A stretch of 62,674 nucleotides of DNA, counting the filler, from Chiloscyllium plagiosum (Eukaryota), in NCBI RefSeq assembly GCF_004010195.1. It is 4 parts of one record of this genome, joined end to end, with 100 filler letters (N's around TTAATTAATTAA, not from the genome) between each part and the next. Parts side by side here need not be neighbours in the genome. Positions count along the whole stretch, not along the records: positions 25,504 to 38,076 come from NC_057714.1; positions 38,177 to 58,969 come from NC_057714.1; 2 more parts are not named here. The stretch is one strand, 5' to 3'. Shown in pieces: positions 37,917 through 49,394 of the stretch (positions are counted from its first letter, which is position 1; every line of letters begins with the position of its first letter). The position numbers were made by a program, and so were the translations under genes. The notes under the pieces are model-generated. The model searched no databases. It worked only from the letters and a program-made list of their open reading frames with translations, and was not told where the DNA came from.

Positions 37917-38076
37917 CGCCGCCATTTCCGCCACAGCGCATCATCCGCCGCCATTTCCGCCACAGCGCATCATCCGCCGCCATTTCCGCCACAGCGCAAC
38001 ATCCGCCGCCATTTCCGCCACCTCCAAACGGACCCCACCACCAAGGATTTATTTCTCTCCCCTCCCCTATCAGCAT
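37917..38076 (+). repeat. 29-bp tandem repeat (x~3.5) at the start of a PLE fragment
   Basis: Unit CCGCCATTTCCGCCACAGCGCATCATCCG runs into RHFRHLQTDPTTKD, homologous to the PLE frame at 42216-42929. Confidence 0.75.
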
Positions 38077-38176
38077 NNNNNNNNNNNNNNNNNNNNNNNN
38101 NNNNNNNNNNNNNNNNNNNNTTAATTAATTAANNNNNNNNNNNNNNNNNNNNNNNNNNNNNNNNNNNNNNNNNNNN

Positions 38177-40897
38177 CTGCCACACCTGCCCATGGATCGA
38201 TACGGGCACCCAGCTACTTTTCTGCGTTGCCTGGGGGTATGTAGGGTACAGATTCATATCGCAGCTTCCAGTTTGTGAAGTGATTGTACAGGAAGGTCTT
38301 CCTTTTAAATGTAAAGTCTTTGTGATGTTAATCCTGAGGCCTGTCTGGTCACAGTCCGCCTGGAGCAGCTTCAGATTCCATGCGCCATTCCGGGGTGAGT
38401 CCCTGAGAAGGGCAATGTCATCCACAAAGGCCACAGTCGAGCAGCTGGCTCTTCTCTCGCCCAGGGGCACAGTGACCCCTGAGGTGGCCCTCTCCAGAGT
38501 ACACCAGAGGGTCCAGAGTGATGTTGAATAGTACGGGTGAGAGCGGGTCACCTTGTTTAACGCCCCTCTCCATGTTTATTGGGGTGGTACAGTTACCATT
38601 CCCTTCCACCATGCTTGTGTTGCCAGTGTAGAGATCCTTGATCAGACCTACAAAGGCTTTGGGGAGTTGTGCTCTCTGTAAAGCTGTGAGCAGTAGCTTG
38701 TACCCAACCGAGCTGAACACTTTGACCAGATCAACCAAAGATCACTGTGAGGTCCTTGTGGTTATGCTTCACTCCCTTAATGCTCTCCAGGATGACCATG
38801 TTCTCATTGTCCCTGGGAGGGGCTGCTAGAAACCCCTGTGGTCTGGTGTTAATTTTGACACTTTCACTGAGGCGTTTTGCCATTATTTTCCTGAACAGTC
38901 ACAGCAGCATCAGACCAATGGGTTTTGGCCCCCAGTTGTCGATATTTTTCAGGTGGTCTTTATCCTCGCACTGAGGAATCAAGGCCATTCGACTCTCAGT
39001 GATTCCGGTATCGTGCTCGATTTTAGCCTCGGAGAAGAGGGCAGGGTAGACGGGTTTCCTCCTCCTCGTGAATGGATCTTCTATCACTCAGTTTCAGGCC
39101 GTCTGGTCCAGTGGCACTGTGCTGGTCTCTCCCCTTGATGGCTGTCTCCACCTCTTCTCCCACTATGGGTTACATCAAGGATCTGTCGCCTCCATTCCCT
39201 CTGTATGGGGCATACTTCCTGATGTCCGATTTCTGGTTCGGTACTGACAATTTCTCCTGGAAACATGCCTCCAGTTTCTCTATAGGGAGAGGACATACGG
39301 ATGAGGTTGGTGCCCTCATGATCCCTTGAGCTAGCTGGCACCGGTTGGTTTTGGAGAGCTGCTGTGGCGCTCTGAAAAGCGCGCTACGTGCTGCCCATCT
39401 TTACTTAGCACCAGGATTGTTACTGGTCTTTTTGTGTTTCTTGACCTGGTTTTTCTTGGGTTGTTTTTTTTTTGTTGTTTATTCTGTCTCTCCCTCCTAT
39501 TCATGAGTCGGTCGGGAATACACTCCATCAGTCCAACCCCTCGGGCCAGAGTGTCCGGGTCGTCCCTCACTCAGGAGCCCCTCAGCTTGTGTTAGCTGGT
39601 TGTCTACGTCCCTGTACTTAGGGATTGAGGCCGGTGTTCTGCGGTTGGCTCTTTGGCGCGGTGTTGGATCATCGGAATTATCCCTGACATTCTCTGCCTC
39701 TGATTTGAGAGTCATTAGCTAGGCCCACATCGTTTGGGGTTTGGAGCTCTGTCAAGATGTTTGTCAGGATTCTGTTTGTCTGAGGTTTGTTTGGGTATTT
39801 TCATTTTAAAGATGTTGGTGTTAGGTTTATTAATGAATTAGCATCCTGCACATCTCCCTCCGAATTCCCTCAGGAGTGTGACCTCCTCCCGTGACCATTA
39901 GCGATCCCTTCTCCCCAGTTTGTCCTTTGACCTTGGGTGCTGTTTTGAGGTGTTTTCATTCTGTAGAATGGGATGTTGATGCCTCTCGTGTTGACCAAGT
40001 CCTGCCTGGGTTGGAAACCTCTGGTCACACGCTGCATTTACAGTCCCCTGCGGGGGGGGGGAGGTTCTTACTGTTAGATTGAGGGGAATGGCAGGAGATT
40101 GGGTGGGAATCTCCTGCTTTCTCGCAGCGTGAACATTTTGTCCGGATGTTCTTGACTTTGTGCACCTTGGTCACATGGATCTTGAACAGGCTCACCGTGG
40201 GGAAGAGGGTGTCACAGCCTGTACAGAACAGCCCATCGATGGGGCAATGGATTATTACCTCTCGGACAGATGTTCTGTCCTACACTGGCTCGATCACAAC
40301 TCCTTCCATGAAGGCAGCTGTCTCTGTTGTCATACCATCGGTCTCTGTTTTGGTCTCGTTAGCCGAATGCTCTGTGCCCTGTTTTGAAATTTGATAATCT
40401 CTGTTGTAGAAGGTTTGGGTGGTGATGCTGATCCCATCCGGTGGATGGGCCGCCCACATGGCTCCTTCTACAATGTTGTCTGTGTCATCCCCTACTGGGC
40501 GTGCCGGCTCCCAGGGGGGAATAGCCAAGCTCAGCTCCAAGTAGGGCAGGACACATCGTCCCAGGATCACTGTCTCGGTTTGACCTGAGACTGATCTTGC
40601 TGCCAGTTTTGTAGTGCAGACACATTTACAACTGAATGCCTGAACACAGCTCACCGTTGTGGATGAGGCTGCGGGAGGTTGTTTATCCGGGACATTTCCC
40701 AACCGGACTGCTCCATTGACAATGGAAAACTCATTCTTTTTGAGACCGATACCGAGATATCCGGTCTGCGTGGACCACGGCCTTTTGTACTTTTTCTCAG
40801 TCGTTTAGTCACTCAGCAGCCATGGTTACTGAGCTTCCCGAGAGGGGCCACTGAGGCACGACACAAACTATGCGCCAAAAACGCATCAAAACGTCAT
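38177..40897 (-). mobile_element. Decayed R2 (A-lineage) non-LTR retrotransposon, 5' two-thirds; 3' part lost at assembly gap
   Basis: Minus-strand translation gives ZnF CTGC..FKIHVTKVH, ZnF CSRCEK..HPISCH, ZnF CSV(C)DQRFPTQAGLGQHERHQHP, Myb-like FINK..KQTSDK, and RT motifs DLVKVFSSV, RGVKQGDPLSPVLFNITLDPL, AFVDDIALL. Multiple frameshifts and stops. Confidence 0.88.
40800..40890 (-). ncRNA. Degenerate HDV-like ribozyme at R2 5' end (candidate)
   Basis: P2 GTCGT/ACGAC, P3 GCC/GGC, GGG after the putative P1', P4 CTCAGTA/TGCTGAG, J4/2 CTAA and an upstream hairpin ATGCGT/GCGCAT. L3 is short and the P1 5' strand is unclear. Confidence 0.5.
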
Positions 40898-42052
40898 TGT
40901 TCCCTGGGTTGTCTCTCCCCTCCTTGAACAAGAGGACAACACTTCCTGTCCTCCAGTCTTCTGGCACTATTCCTGTAGATAATGACATAAAGATCAAAGC
41001 CAAAGGCTCTGCAAACTCCTCCCTGTCTTCCCAGAGAATCTTAGGATAAATCCCATCTGGCCCAAGGGATTTAGCAATTCTGGAAAGTGTAAAAATAGAT
41101 ACCACCACCACCTTGTGCCCCTCAATCCCATCTAGCCTAGTAGCCTGTATCTCCGTATTCTCCTTGATAACATCGTTTTTCCAGTGTGAAAACTAACATA
41201 AAATACTCATTAAGCGTTTCCATTAACTCCTCCGACTCCAAGCACAACTTCGCACTACTATCCGTGATTGGCCCTAACCTTTCTCTTGTCGTTCTTCTAT
41301 TCCTGATATACCTATAGAAAGCTTTTAGGGTTTTCCTTGATCCTAACTGCCAAAGACTTCTGTCATCCCCTCCTGGCTCCTCTTAGCTCTCTCTTTCGGT
41401 CTTTCCTGGCTAACTTGTAACTCTGAACTGCTCTAACTGAGCCTTCACGTCTCATCCTCACATAAGCCGTCTTCTTCCTCTTGACGAGATTCAACTTCTT
41501 TAGTAAACCATGGGTCCCTTACTCGACCGCTCCCTCCCTGCCTGACGGGTACCTACTTATCAAGGACACGCAATAGCTGTCCCTTGATAAAGATCCACAT
41601 TTCAACTGTGCCCATCCCCTGCAGTATCCTTCCCCATCCTATGCATCCTAAATATTGCCTAATTGCATTATAATTACCCTTCCCTCAGCAATAGCTCTTG
41701 CCCTGCAGTATATACATATCCCTTTCCATCACTAAAGTAAACATAACCGAATTGTGGTCACTATCACCAAAGTGATCACCTGCCACAGGGGATCCCTGCA
41801 CAGCCTGCCGGTTCCCTTTCCATCCTCTGATGGTAACCCACCTGCCTTTTTCCTGTACCTGAGGTGTGACTACCTCCCTGTAACTCCTCACAATTACCCC
41901 CTCCGCGTCCTGAATGATCCAAAGTTCATCCTGCTCCAGCTCCTGTTCCCTAACATGGTTTTCGAGGAGCTGGGGTTGGGTGCACTTCCTGCAGAGGCAG
42001 TCAGCAGGGACACTGGTGACCCTTACCTCCCACATTCTGCAGGAGGAACATT
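40898..42052 (-). mobile_element. CR1 fragment (ORF1 remnant + ORF2 with deletions)
   Basis: MWEVRVTSVPADCLCRKCTQ (ORF1-like), GDHFGDSDHNSV (endonuclease end), GPDGIYPKILWE...LFKEGRDNPGN. Confidence 0.8.
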
Positions 42053-44960
42053 CCCCAAGTTAACGTCCTGCTTCCCCAATGTAGAGGATACCGCAGCGAG
42101 AGGGACAGACTCAATCGATGATGCGTGAAACTCCAGGTAAACCTCTACCGGAGGTGGAAGGATCATTTGGGGCCTTAGACAGAGATGAGGGGGGAGCTGG
42201 GTGTGGGCACAGGGTTTACACCTCTTGCGGTGGCAGGGGAAGGTGCTGGGAGTGGAGGGTGGGTTGGCGGGGAGGCGTGGACCTAACAAGGGAGTCGCAG
42301 AGGGAATAGTCCATCTGTAACGCTGTTAGGGGTGGGGAGGAAAATATATCCCTGGTGATGGGGTCTGTTTGTCGGTGGTAGAAATGGTAGAGGATGGTGT
42401 GATGTATCCGGAAGTTGGTGGAGTGGAAGGTGAAGACCAGGAGACTTCTGTCCTTGTTGCGGTTGGAGGGGTGAAGTTCAAGGGCGGAGATGTGGGAAAT
42501 GGAGGTGGTATGCTGGAGGGCATCGTCGACCATGTGGGAGGGGAAATTGTGGTCTTTGAAGGAGTCAGCCATCTGGAATGTTCTATGGTAGAATTGGTGA
42601 TCCGAGGAGCAGATACAGCAGAGGTGGAGGAATTGGGAGTAAGGGATAGCGTTTCTGCAGGTGGCAGAGTGGGAGGAGGTGTAGTCCAGGCAGCTGTGGG
42701 AGTCGGTGGGTTTGTAGTAGATGTCAGTGTTGAGTCGGTCACCAGAAATGGAGATGGAGAGGTTCAGGAAAGGGAAGGTGATGTCCAGGATGGTCCAGGT
42801 GAACTTGAGGTTGGGGTGGAAGGTGGTGGTGGTACTGATACAGTCATCGATGTAGGGGAGGATAACGTGGGGAATGGTGCTGGTGTATCTGGAAGATGGA
42901 CTCTTCCACGTATCTGAAGAGTCAGGCATAGCTGGGGCCCATGGCTACCCCTTTGGTCTGAAGGAAGTGGGAGGTTTCAAAGGAGAAGTTGTTGAGGGTG
43001 AGGAGCAGTTCACCCAATCGGATGATTGTGTCAGTGAAGGGGGACTAGTTGGGTTGATGGAAGAGGAAGAAATGAAGGGCTTGGAGACCTTTGTCATGGC
43101 AGATGGATGTGTGCAGGGACTGGATGTCCATGGTGAAGATGAGGCATTGGAGGCTGGGGAAACTAAAGTCAGGGAGGTGGAAGGTTTTGTAGGGTCCTGA
43201 ATATTGGTGGGGAGTTCTTGGACCAAGGGGGACAGGAGGAGGTGGAGACGGAGACGATGGGTCGACTGGGGCTGACAGGTTTGTGAATCTTTGGTTAGAG
43301 GTCAAACCGGACAGTGCTGGGATCCGGGACCGAAGTTGGAGGCTGTGGACGGGAGATCCCTTGAGGTGATGCTGTGGATGGTCTGGGAGATGATGGTTTA
43401 GTGATGGGAGATGAGGTTGTGGCTGAGGAGGCAGTAGGTGGTGGTGTCTGTGAGTTGGTGCCTGGCTTCAGCGGTGTAGAGGTCAGTGCGCCAAACTACC
43501 ACAGTGCCTTCTCCCTCCCCCAACTTGTCCGCTGGTTTGATGGTGAGGTTGGGGTTGGAGTTGGAGCAGAGGGAGTTGGAGGGCTGTGTTGCAAGGGTGA
43601 CTGGGGTGGACAGGTTGAGGAGGTTAATGTCCTGTTGGTAGTTGGAGAGGAAGAAATAGAGGGTGGGTAACAGACCGTCACGAGGTGTGTTGGAGGGAGG
43701 AGAAGGGGTCCTCGGAAGGTGGGTGGGAGTCTTGATGGAAAAGAGTAAGCATGGAGGAAAAGAAGTTTTAATGTTGCAATGCGTGTTGAATTTGTTGACC
43801 TGGGAGTGTAGGGAGACATAGGTGAGGTCTTTACTGAACTGATCGTTCCTCCTCAGTGAGGGGGGGATGGGGGGGGAGGATGATAAAAACATGGCAGAGC
43901 TGGGAGTTTGGACCTGGAGTGGGGGCGGAGACTCTCAGGAGTGGGTGTGGTCTAGGTATTGTGGGGAGCATCACCAAAGGAAGTGACACACTGGGGATGT
44001 GGGCATGGGTGGAGTGGTGCCATTGATGCCAGTCGCGGGGGTGGAAATGACACAACACATGACATTCGTGATGTCGATGATCTGGTGACAGACATCGGTG
44101 GGGGTGGAAGTGGCTGAGGCAGTGGCAACTATTGGGGGCGTGGCAGTAGGAGGGTGCAGAAGTGACGTATTGCCAGTGGTTTCGGTGGTGGTTGTGGGGG
44201 CAGCATGGTTGGCAGTAGCTATGGTCTGGGGGACTGGGGACGTGACATCATTGTTTGCCGTGGTGGTGGTGGTGGTGGCTGGAGTGGCTGCGTGGTTAAT
44301 GGCATCCATGCAGTTCCAGAGGCTGGGAGAAGCTTCTGGAATGATTTAGGGATCCTGAGTTTGGAGGGAACTGAGAGTTTGGTGTACCTACGTTTCTCAA
44401 TGCCCAATACCCTGGAGAAATAGCGTTGGTGGAGGGTGTGAATCCTTCTCTGGGTGAAGAACAACAGAGGTCCTTTGCAGGTCTGGGAGAGTGTGACCCT
44501 GAGCTGGGGTACGACTGACTGCAGGGAGAGTAGGTGCCGGTGCCTGGCTGAGGGGGTGGAGCGAAGTGGGAGGGGGAGTTTGAATATTCGGTCATGGGGT
44601 GTTGGGGTTGTTTAGAGGGTGTGTCTCAGGTGTTCTCTGAAACATTCCACAAGTTGGCATCCTGTCTCCCCAGTGTAGAGGAGACCACATCAAGAGCAAT
44701 GGACACAGTAGATGACGTGTGGATGTTCAGGAAACTCTCTGCTTGATGTGGAAAGGATCCTTTGGGGCCTTGGGTGGAGGTGAAGGGAGGTGTCGGTGCA
44801 GGTTTTGCGCCTCTTGCGGTGGCAGGGGAAGGTGCCAGGAGTGGAAGGTGGGTTGGTGGGGGTGGGCATGGACCTAACGAGGGAGTTGCAGAGGGAATGG
44901 TCCCTCTGAAATGCGGGTAGTGGTGGGGATGGAAATACATCCCTGGGGATGGGGCCTGTC
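42053..44960 (-). mobile_element. Decayed Penelope-like element (RT + GIY-YIG) with an adjacent second 3' copy at ~44626-44960
   Basis: TIKPADK(G)..VVVW, FTMDIQSLHTSI, KGxAMG, YIDDC, FLNLSI..TDIYYKPTDSHSCLDYTSSH..IPYSQF, then C..KRCKPC preceding the GIY-YIG region. Confidence 0.85.
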
Positions 44961-45382
44961 TATAGGTGCTGGAAATCTACAATGTCGATTGTAAATAGCC
45001 TGGGTCCAAGGACTGAGCCCTGTGGCTCCCCACCAGATACATCTTATCCTCCAGAGAAAAAAAACATTTATCCTGACTCTGTCTTCTCCCCATCAGCCAG
45101 TCACCTATCCAGGCTGATAAATCACCCCAAATCCCATATGATCACAACCTTGTGAATTAACCTTTTGTACAGCACCTTATCATGCACCTTCTGGAAGTCT
45201 GGGTACGTTACATCTACAGGATTCCCATTATCCATTTGTTAGATCTTCGAAGCACTCTCGCAAATTAATCAAACATGATTGACACTCGACAATGTTGGAA
45301 CATTCCAAATGTCCTGATTTTGTTTTTGATAATTGATTTGAACACACTCCCAACAAATATGAAATTCGATGGTCTCTACGCT

Positions 45383-45597
45383 GGCACAGTGGTTAGCACT
45401 GCTGCCTCACAGCGCCAGAGACCCGGGTTCAATTCCCGCCTCAGGCGACTGAGTGTGTGGAGTTTGCACGTTCTCCCCGTGTCTGCGTGGGTTTCCTCCC
45501 ACAGTCCAAAGATGTGCAGGTCAGGTGAATTGGCCATGCGGTGTGGACTTGTTGGGCCGAAGGGCCTGTTTCCACACTGTAAGTAATCTAATCTAAT
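45383..45597 (+). mobile_element. HE1-type SINE (internally deleted), within a CR1-like fragment
   Basis: tRNA-like head, V-domain and (TAATC)n tail. Confidence 0.85.
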
Positions 45598-46724
45598 TTC
45601 TCACATATTCAAAAAAGGAGTGAGGCAATAAGGGTGTTACAAAAGCATTTTTCCAATCTACTGGAACCTTTCCTGTGTCCGGGGAGGCTTGAATATTTCT
45701 AACCAAATGGATCCACTCTCTCTGCCACCACTTTCTCTAATACCCTAGGATGTAGACCATCAGGCCCATTCCAGCTGGAATGGTACTATTGTCCTCCACT
45801 GTGAAAACTGAGGCAAAGTGTTGATTCAGCATCTGTGTTCCCCACTATTAACTCTCTGATTTCATCTTCCAAGGGACCAACATTCACCTGAGCAACTTTA
45901 TTCCCTTTTATGTACCTATAGAAGCTTTTGTTATTTGAATCTAACTTTTTACATATTTCTCATACGTGAGTTTATCAACATTATTAGTTTTCCCTCAACT
46001 GTGCCAGAGATCTCACGAGAAAGGGAAATGTCATTTGTGTGTAGCTGGCCTTGGTCCTGAGTTCTCAGTTTCCAGTTCCTCTCTGTGGAGGTTTCCATTG
46101 TTTCTGCTGAGAGTTGGAAATTCCTTGCACATGTCCCTGTGATGTCAGAGATGTCGTCATCCAGATTGAACTGTAAACTCAGGCTTGGCATGCTGGGAGA
46201 TTGGGCAGTTTAATTGCTAGGGTAATCCCAGCCTGTGGGTCATAGATTCTGCACCCGGTGAGTGGCTCGGCACTGTACTGCAGCTGTCCACATTGATCTC
46301 TCGGTCTGTGGGCTGGATCCTGGCTTGGAAATGTAGATTGATGTCCCACTCCCTGTCTACTGAATCCCTGTGGCACGCTCTTGTGTAGACTATATTAGCA
46401 GCGAGTTTGGGCTCCCACAGACCCTTCACCCTCTGGTCCATCTGTGATGGGAGCAGGGTCTAGCTAGCCATGTGTGCTGCTCACTGTCCCATCTCTAACT
46501 CTCCCATCGACAGCCAGCTGAGTTGGGGGAGGGGGTACAGGTGATGGGTGAGGAGGGTTATCAGGGACACCCCAGTGAGTCACCAGCAGAGGCCTCTCTC
46601 AGTTTGAGTGCCCTCTCTCCATCTCAGTGAGCATCCTGGAAGAGTAGGCCACAGGCCTGAGCTGGTCACTCCTCTCCGAAAGAAACAGTGTAACAGTCAT
46701 GTGACCTTTGTCTGCCAAAAGGAT

Positions 46725-49380
46725 TACCGAGGTAGACAAGCCGGAGGTGGAGAAGTCAACGTTTTAGATGTAACCCTTCAGGAGTGGGTGTGTGTATAAG
46801 GGGTGCTGCAGATAAAAAGGGGGAGGGGGGGGAAACAGGGAAGGGAGGTGGGGAAAGGTGAGGGCAGGTAGAGAGTACCACCTGATTTGTCAATGGGAGG
46901 GATGAATCTGGTGGGGAGGGGGAGGGGCTGGGAAGGGAGTTGGGGGGTGGTCAGCGAGGTTGTTTGAAATTGAATTCTCCAATGTTGAATACTCCAGGCT
47001 GTAGGTTGCCCAGGCGGAAGATGGTGTTCCTCCAACAGGAGCTGTCATTGGTTTTGGCAATGGAGGCGGCCAAGGCTGGTCATGTTCGAAAGATAGAGGT
47101 TTGGGGAAGTTTAAAATGGGTGATGACTGGGAGGTCTGGTCCCTTCCCCCCCCCCCCCCCCCCCCCCCCCGCCCCCCCCACCAACTGGCTGCGATGCTCA
47201 GTGAACCATTCCCTCAGTTGATGTTTGGTCTCCCCAATGTAGAGGACACCACATTGGGAGCACCTGATGCAGTAAACTAGGTTAGAGAAGAGGCAGGTGA
47301 ACTTCAGACCTTCCAGGTGAGACAGTTTGGGGCCCTGGATGGAGGTGAGGGGGGTGGTGTATCAGCAGGTTTTGGATCTTTGCTGGTTGCAGAGGAAAGT
47401 ACCTGGGGGTTCAGAGGGGTCGGTGGGGAGAGTGGCGCAAACCAAGGATCGTCGAAGGGAATAGTCCTTGCGGAAGGCAGAGCGAGGTGGGGAGGGGAAG
47501 GTGTTCTTGGTAGTGGGGTCTTGTTAGAGTTGGTGGAAGTGTTTTTTAAGCATTATGCGTTCGATGCGGAGGCTGGTGGGGTCAGGAAAAGGGAGACTCT
47601 GTCTTTATTGCGTTAGGAGGGGGAAGTTTGAGCAGTGGAACGGGGGATTGAGTTGGTGCAGTGGAGGGCTGTCTGGATGACTGAGGGAGGAAAAGCATGT
47701 TGTTCAAAATAGATGGACATCTGGGGATGCTTGAGTGGAATGTCTCCTCATTGGAGCAGATACAGCGGAGGCTGACGAATTGGGAGAATGGGATGGAGTT
47801 TTTGCAGGATATTGGGTGGGAGTGTCGAAGTCTCCACGAGAGCTTCTATGGGTAAGGGAGGACTTCCTACTGAAGTCTCCTCAACCTTCCCTGGTTCTTT
47901 CCCTGAGATCATTCAATTGCCTGGAATAAAATTCTTAAAAACAGTCCATTAAATATTGATAGTGAATGCTTAAATAAATGTACTACTTAATACAGTATCA
48001 GTTAGAGTAACATGACACTGAGCCCTAGTCTAAGTCGAGGTTCTAATCCCTCAGTAGAGTTAGGGGTACCAGCACGTACCCAACCTCGTGCTCTCTCCGA
48101 CTACTCCACAGTGGCACACTCCAGCTGCAGTATTTATACGGTTTTTACCCAATAAACACATCAATCAAACCTCTGCTGATGAACACTGTCCTCACCACAT
48201 TCCTGCTGTTTGATAAATTTGTTAGTCTTCTGCTGACTTATTATTTAATTATATTACTGATTTTGTGATCGAGAGTAGCAACAGCGAAAAACTGCCCTTG
48301 TGACAGTTCGTACTGTGATAACATTAATTGCTGGTATCCCCTAAAGTTTGATCACATACTCATCACCTCATGTCCTTATCAAAACCTAATTACTGACTGT
48401 TGTCTTAAATCCATTCCTCATTTTCCACCTCACATGCCTGGTCAGTAACTCTTTATCCAAACCCCTATTGTCTTTTCTCGGACGTACTTTAAGTTTGAAC
48501 TGATCTGTTGATATATTCCTTTCCACTGCGGTTTCTATTTCTCGTTAATAACTAATGTTAAGTTTCTCAGCTGCCTAAACTCGTCTTTGCACACAGCTGG
48601 ACCTCCTGCTTTTCCCAGAAAAGCTTGAAACCTTTATTTAAGCTATTTTACTTGATACTTTTTACTTTTGTAAATTTAATGCTTTATTTCTAATGTTATT
48701 TAGTTTCTTTAATTCTATGCTTTCCCTTCAAGTCCTTTCTCAGGAGGAGGTGTAGTCCAGGTAGTTATGGGAGTCTGTGAGTTTGTAGTTATTGTCCATC
48801 TGGAGACTGTAGTCAGAGATCGAAATGGTGAGTTCATGAAAGGGGAGGAGGTATCTGAGATGGACCCAAGGGAATTTGAGGGGTGAGGTGGAAGCTCTGG
48901 GTGAAGCTGATGAACTGCTCCAGTTCAGCCTGGGTACAGGACGCTGCACCGATACAGTCATGGCTGAAGAGTTGGGGCACAGTGCCTGTGTAGGTATTAA
49001 AGGGGGACTGTTCGACACAGCCAATAAAGAGGCAGGTGTAGCTGGGTCCCATCCGAGTACCCATGGCCGGCTGGCCACCCCCTGGATTTGGAGGAAATGG
49101 GAGGAGTTAAAGGAAAAGTTACTGAGGGTGAGGACCAGTTCAGTGAGGCAGAGGAGGGTATTGGTGGAGGGGACTGGATGGATCTGTAAGAGGAAGAAGC
49201 CAAAGGCCTGGAGGCCATCCTTGTGGGGTATGGATGTCTACAAGACTGCATGTCCATACTGAAGATAAAGCACTGGGGCCAGGGAACGAGAAGATGCTGA
49301 AGAGATGGAGGGTGTGGTTGGTATCACAGGTGGGAAGTGCCTAAACTCCAGGAAAGAGATGAAGCCTAGGTAGGACAAAC
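46725..49380 (-). mobile_element. Decayed PLE split by a ~0.9-kb unrelated insertion (47825-48740)
   Basis: MGTRMGPSYTCLFIGCVEQS...YKLTDSHNYLDYTSS at 48740-49260 continues as IPFSQF-type sequence left of 47820. Confidence 0.7.
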
Positions 49381-49394
49381 TAGAGTAATCTTAC

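Noticed and set aside
45949..46700. Non-repetitive-looking GC-richer stretch with short minus-strand ORFs, considered as LRRC24 or LRRC14 exons
   Set aside because: No LRR/Ig or LRRC14 motifs recognised and no consistent splice signals.
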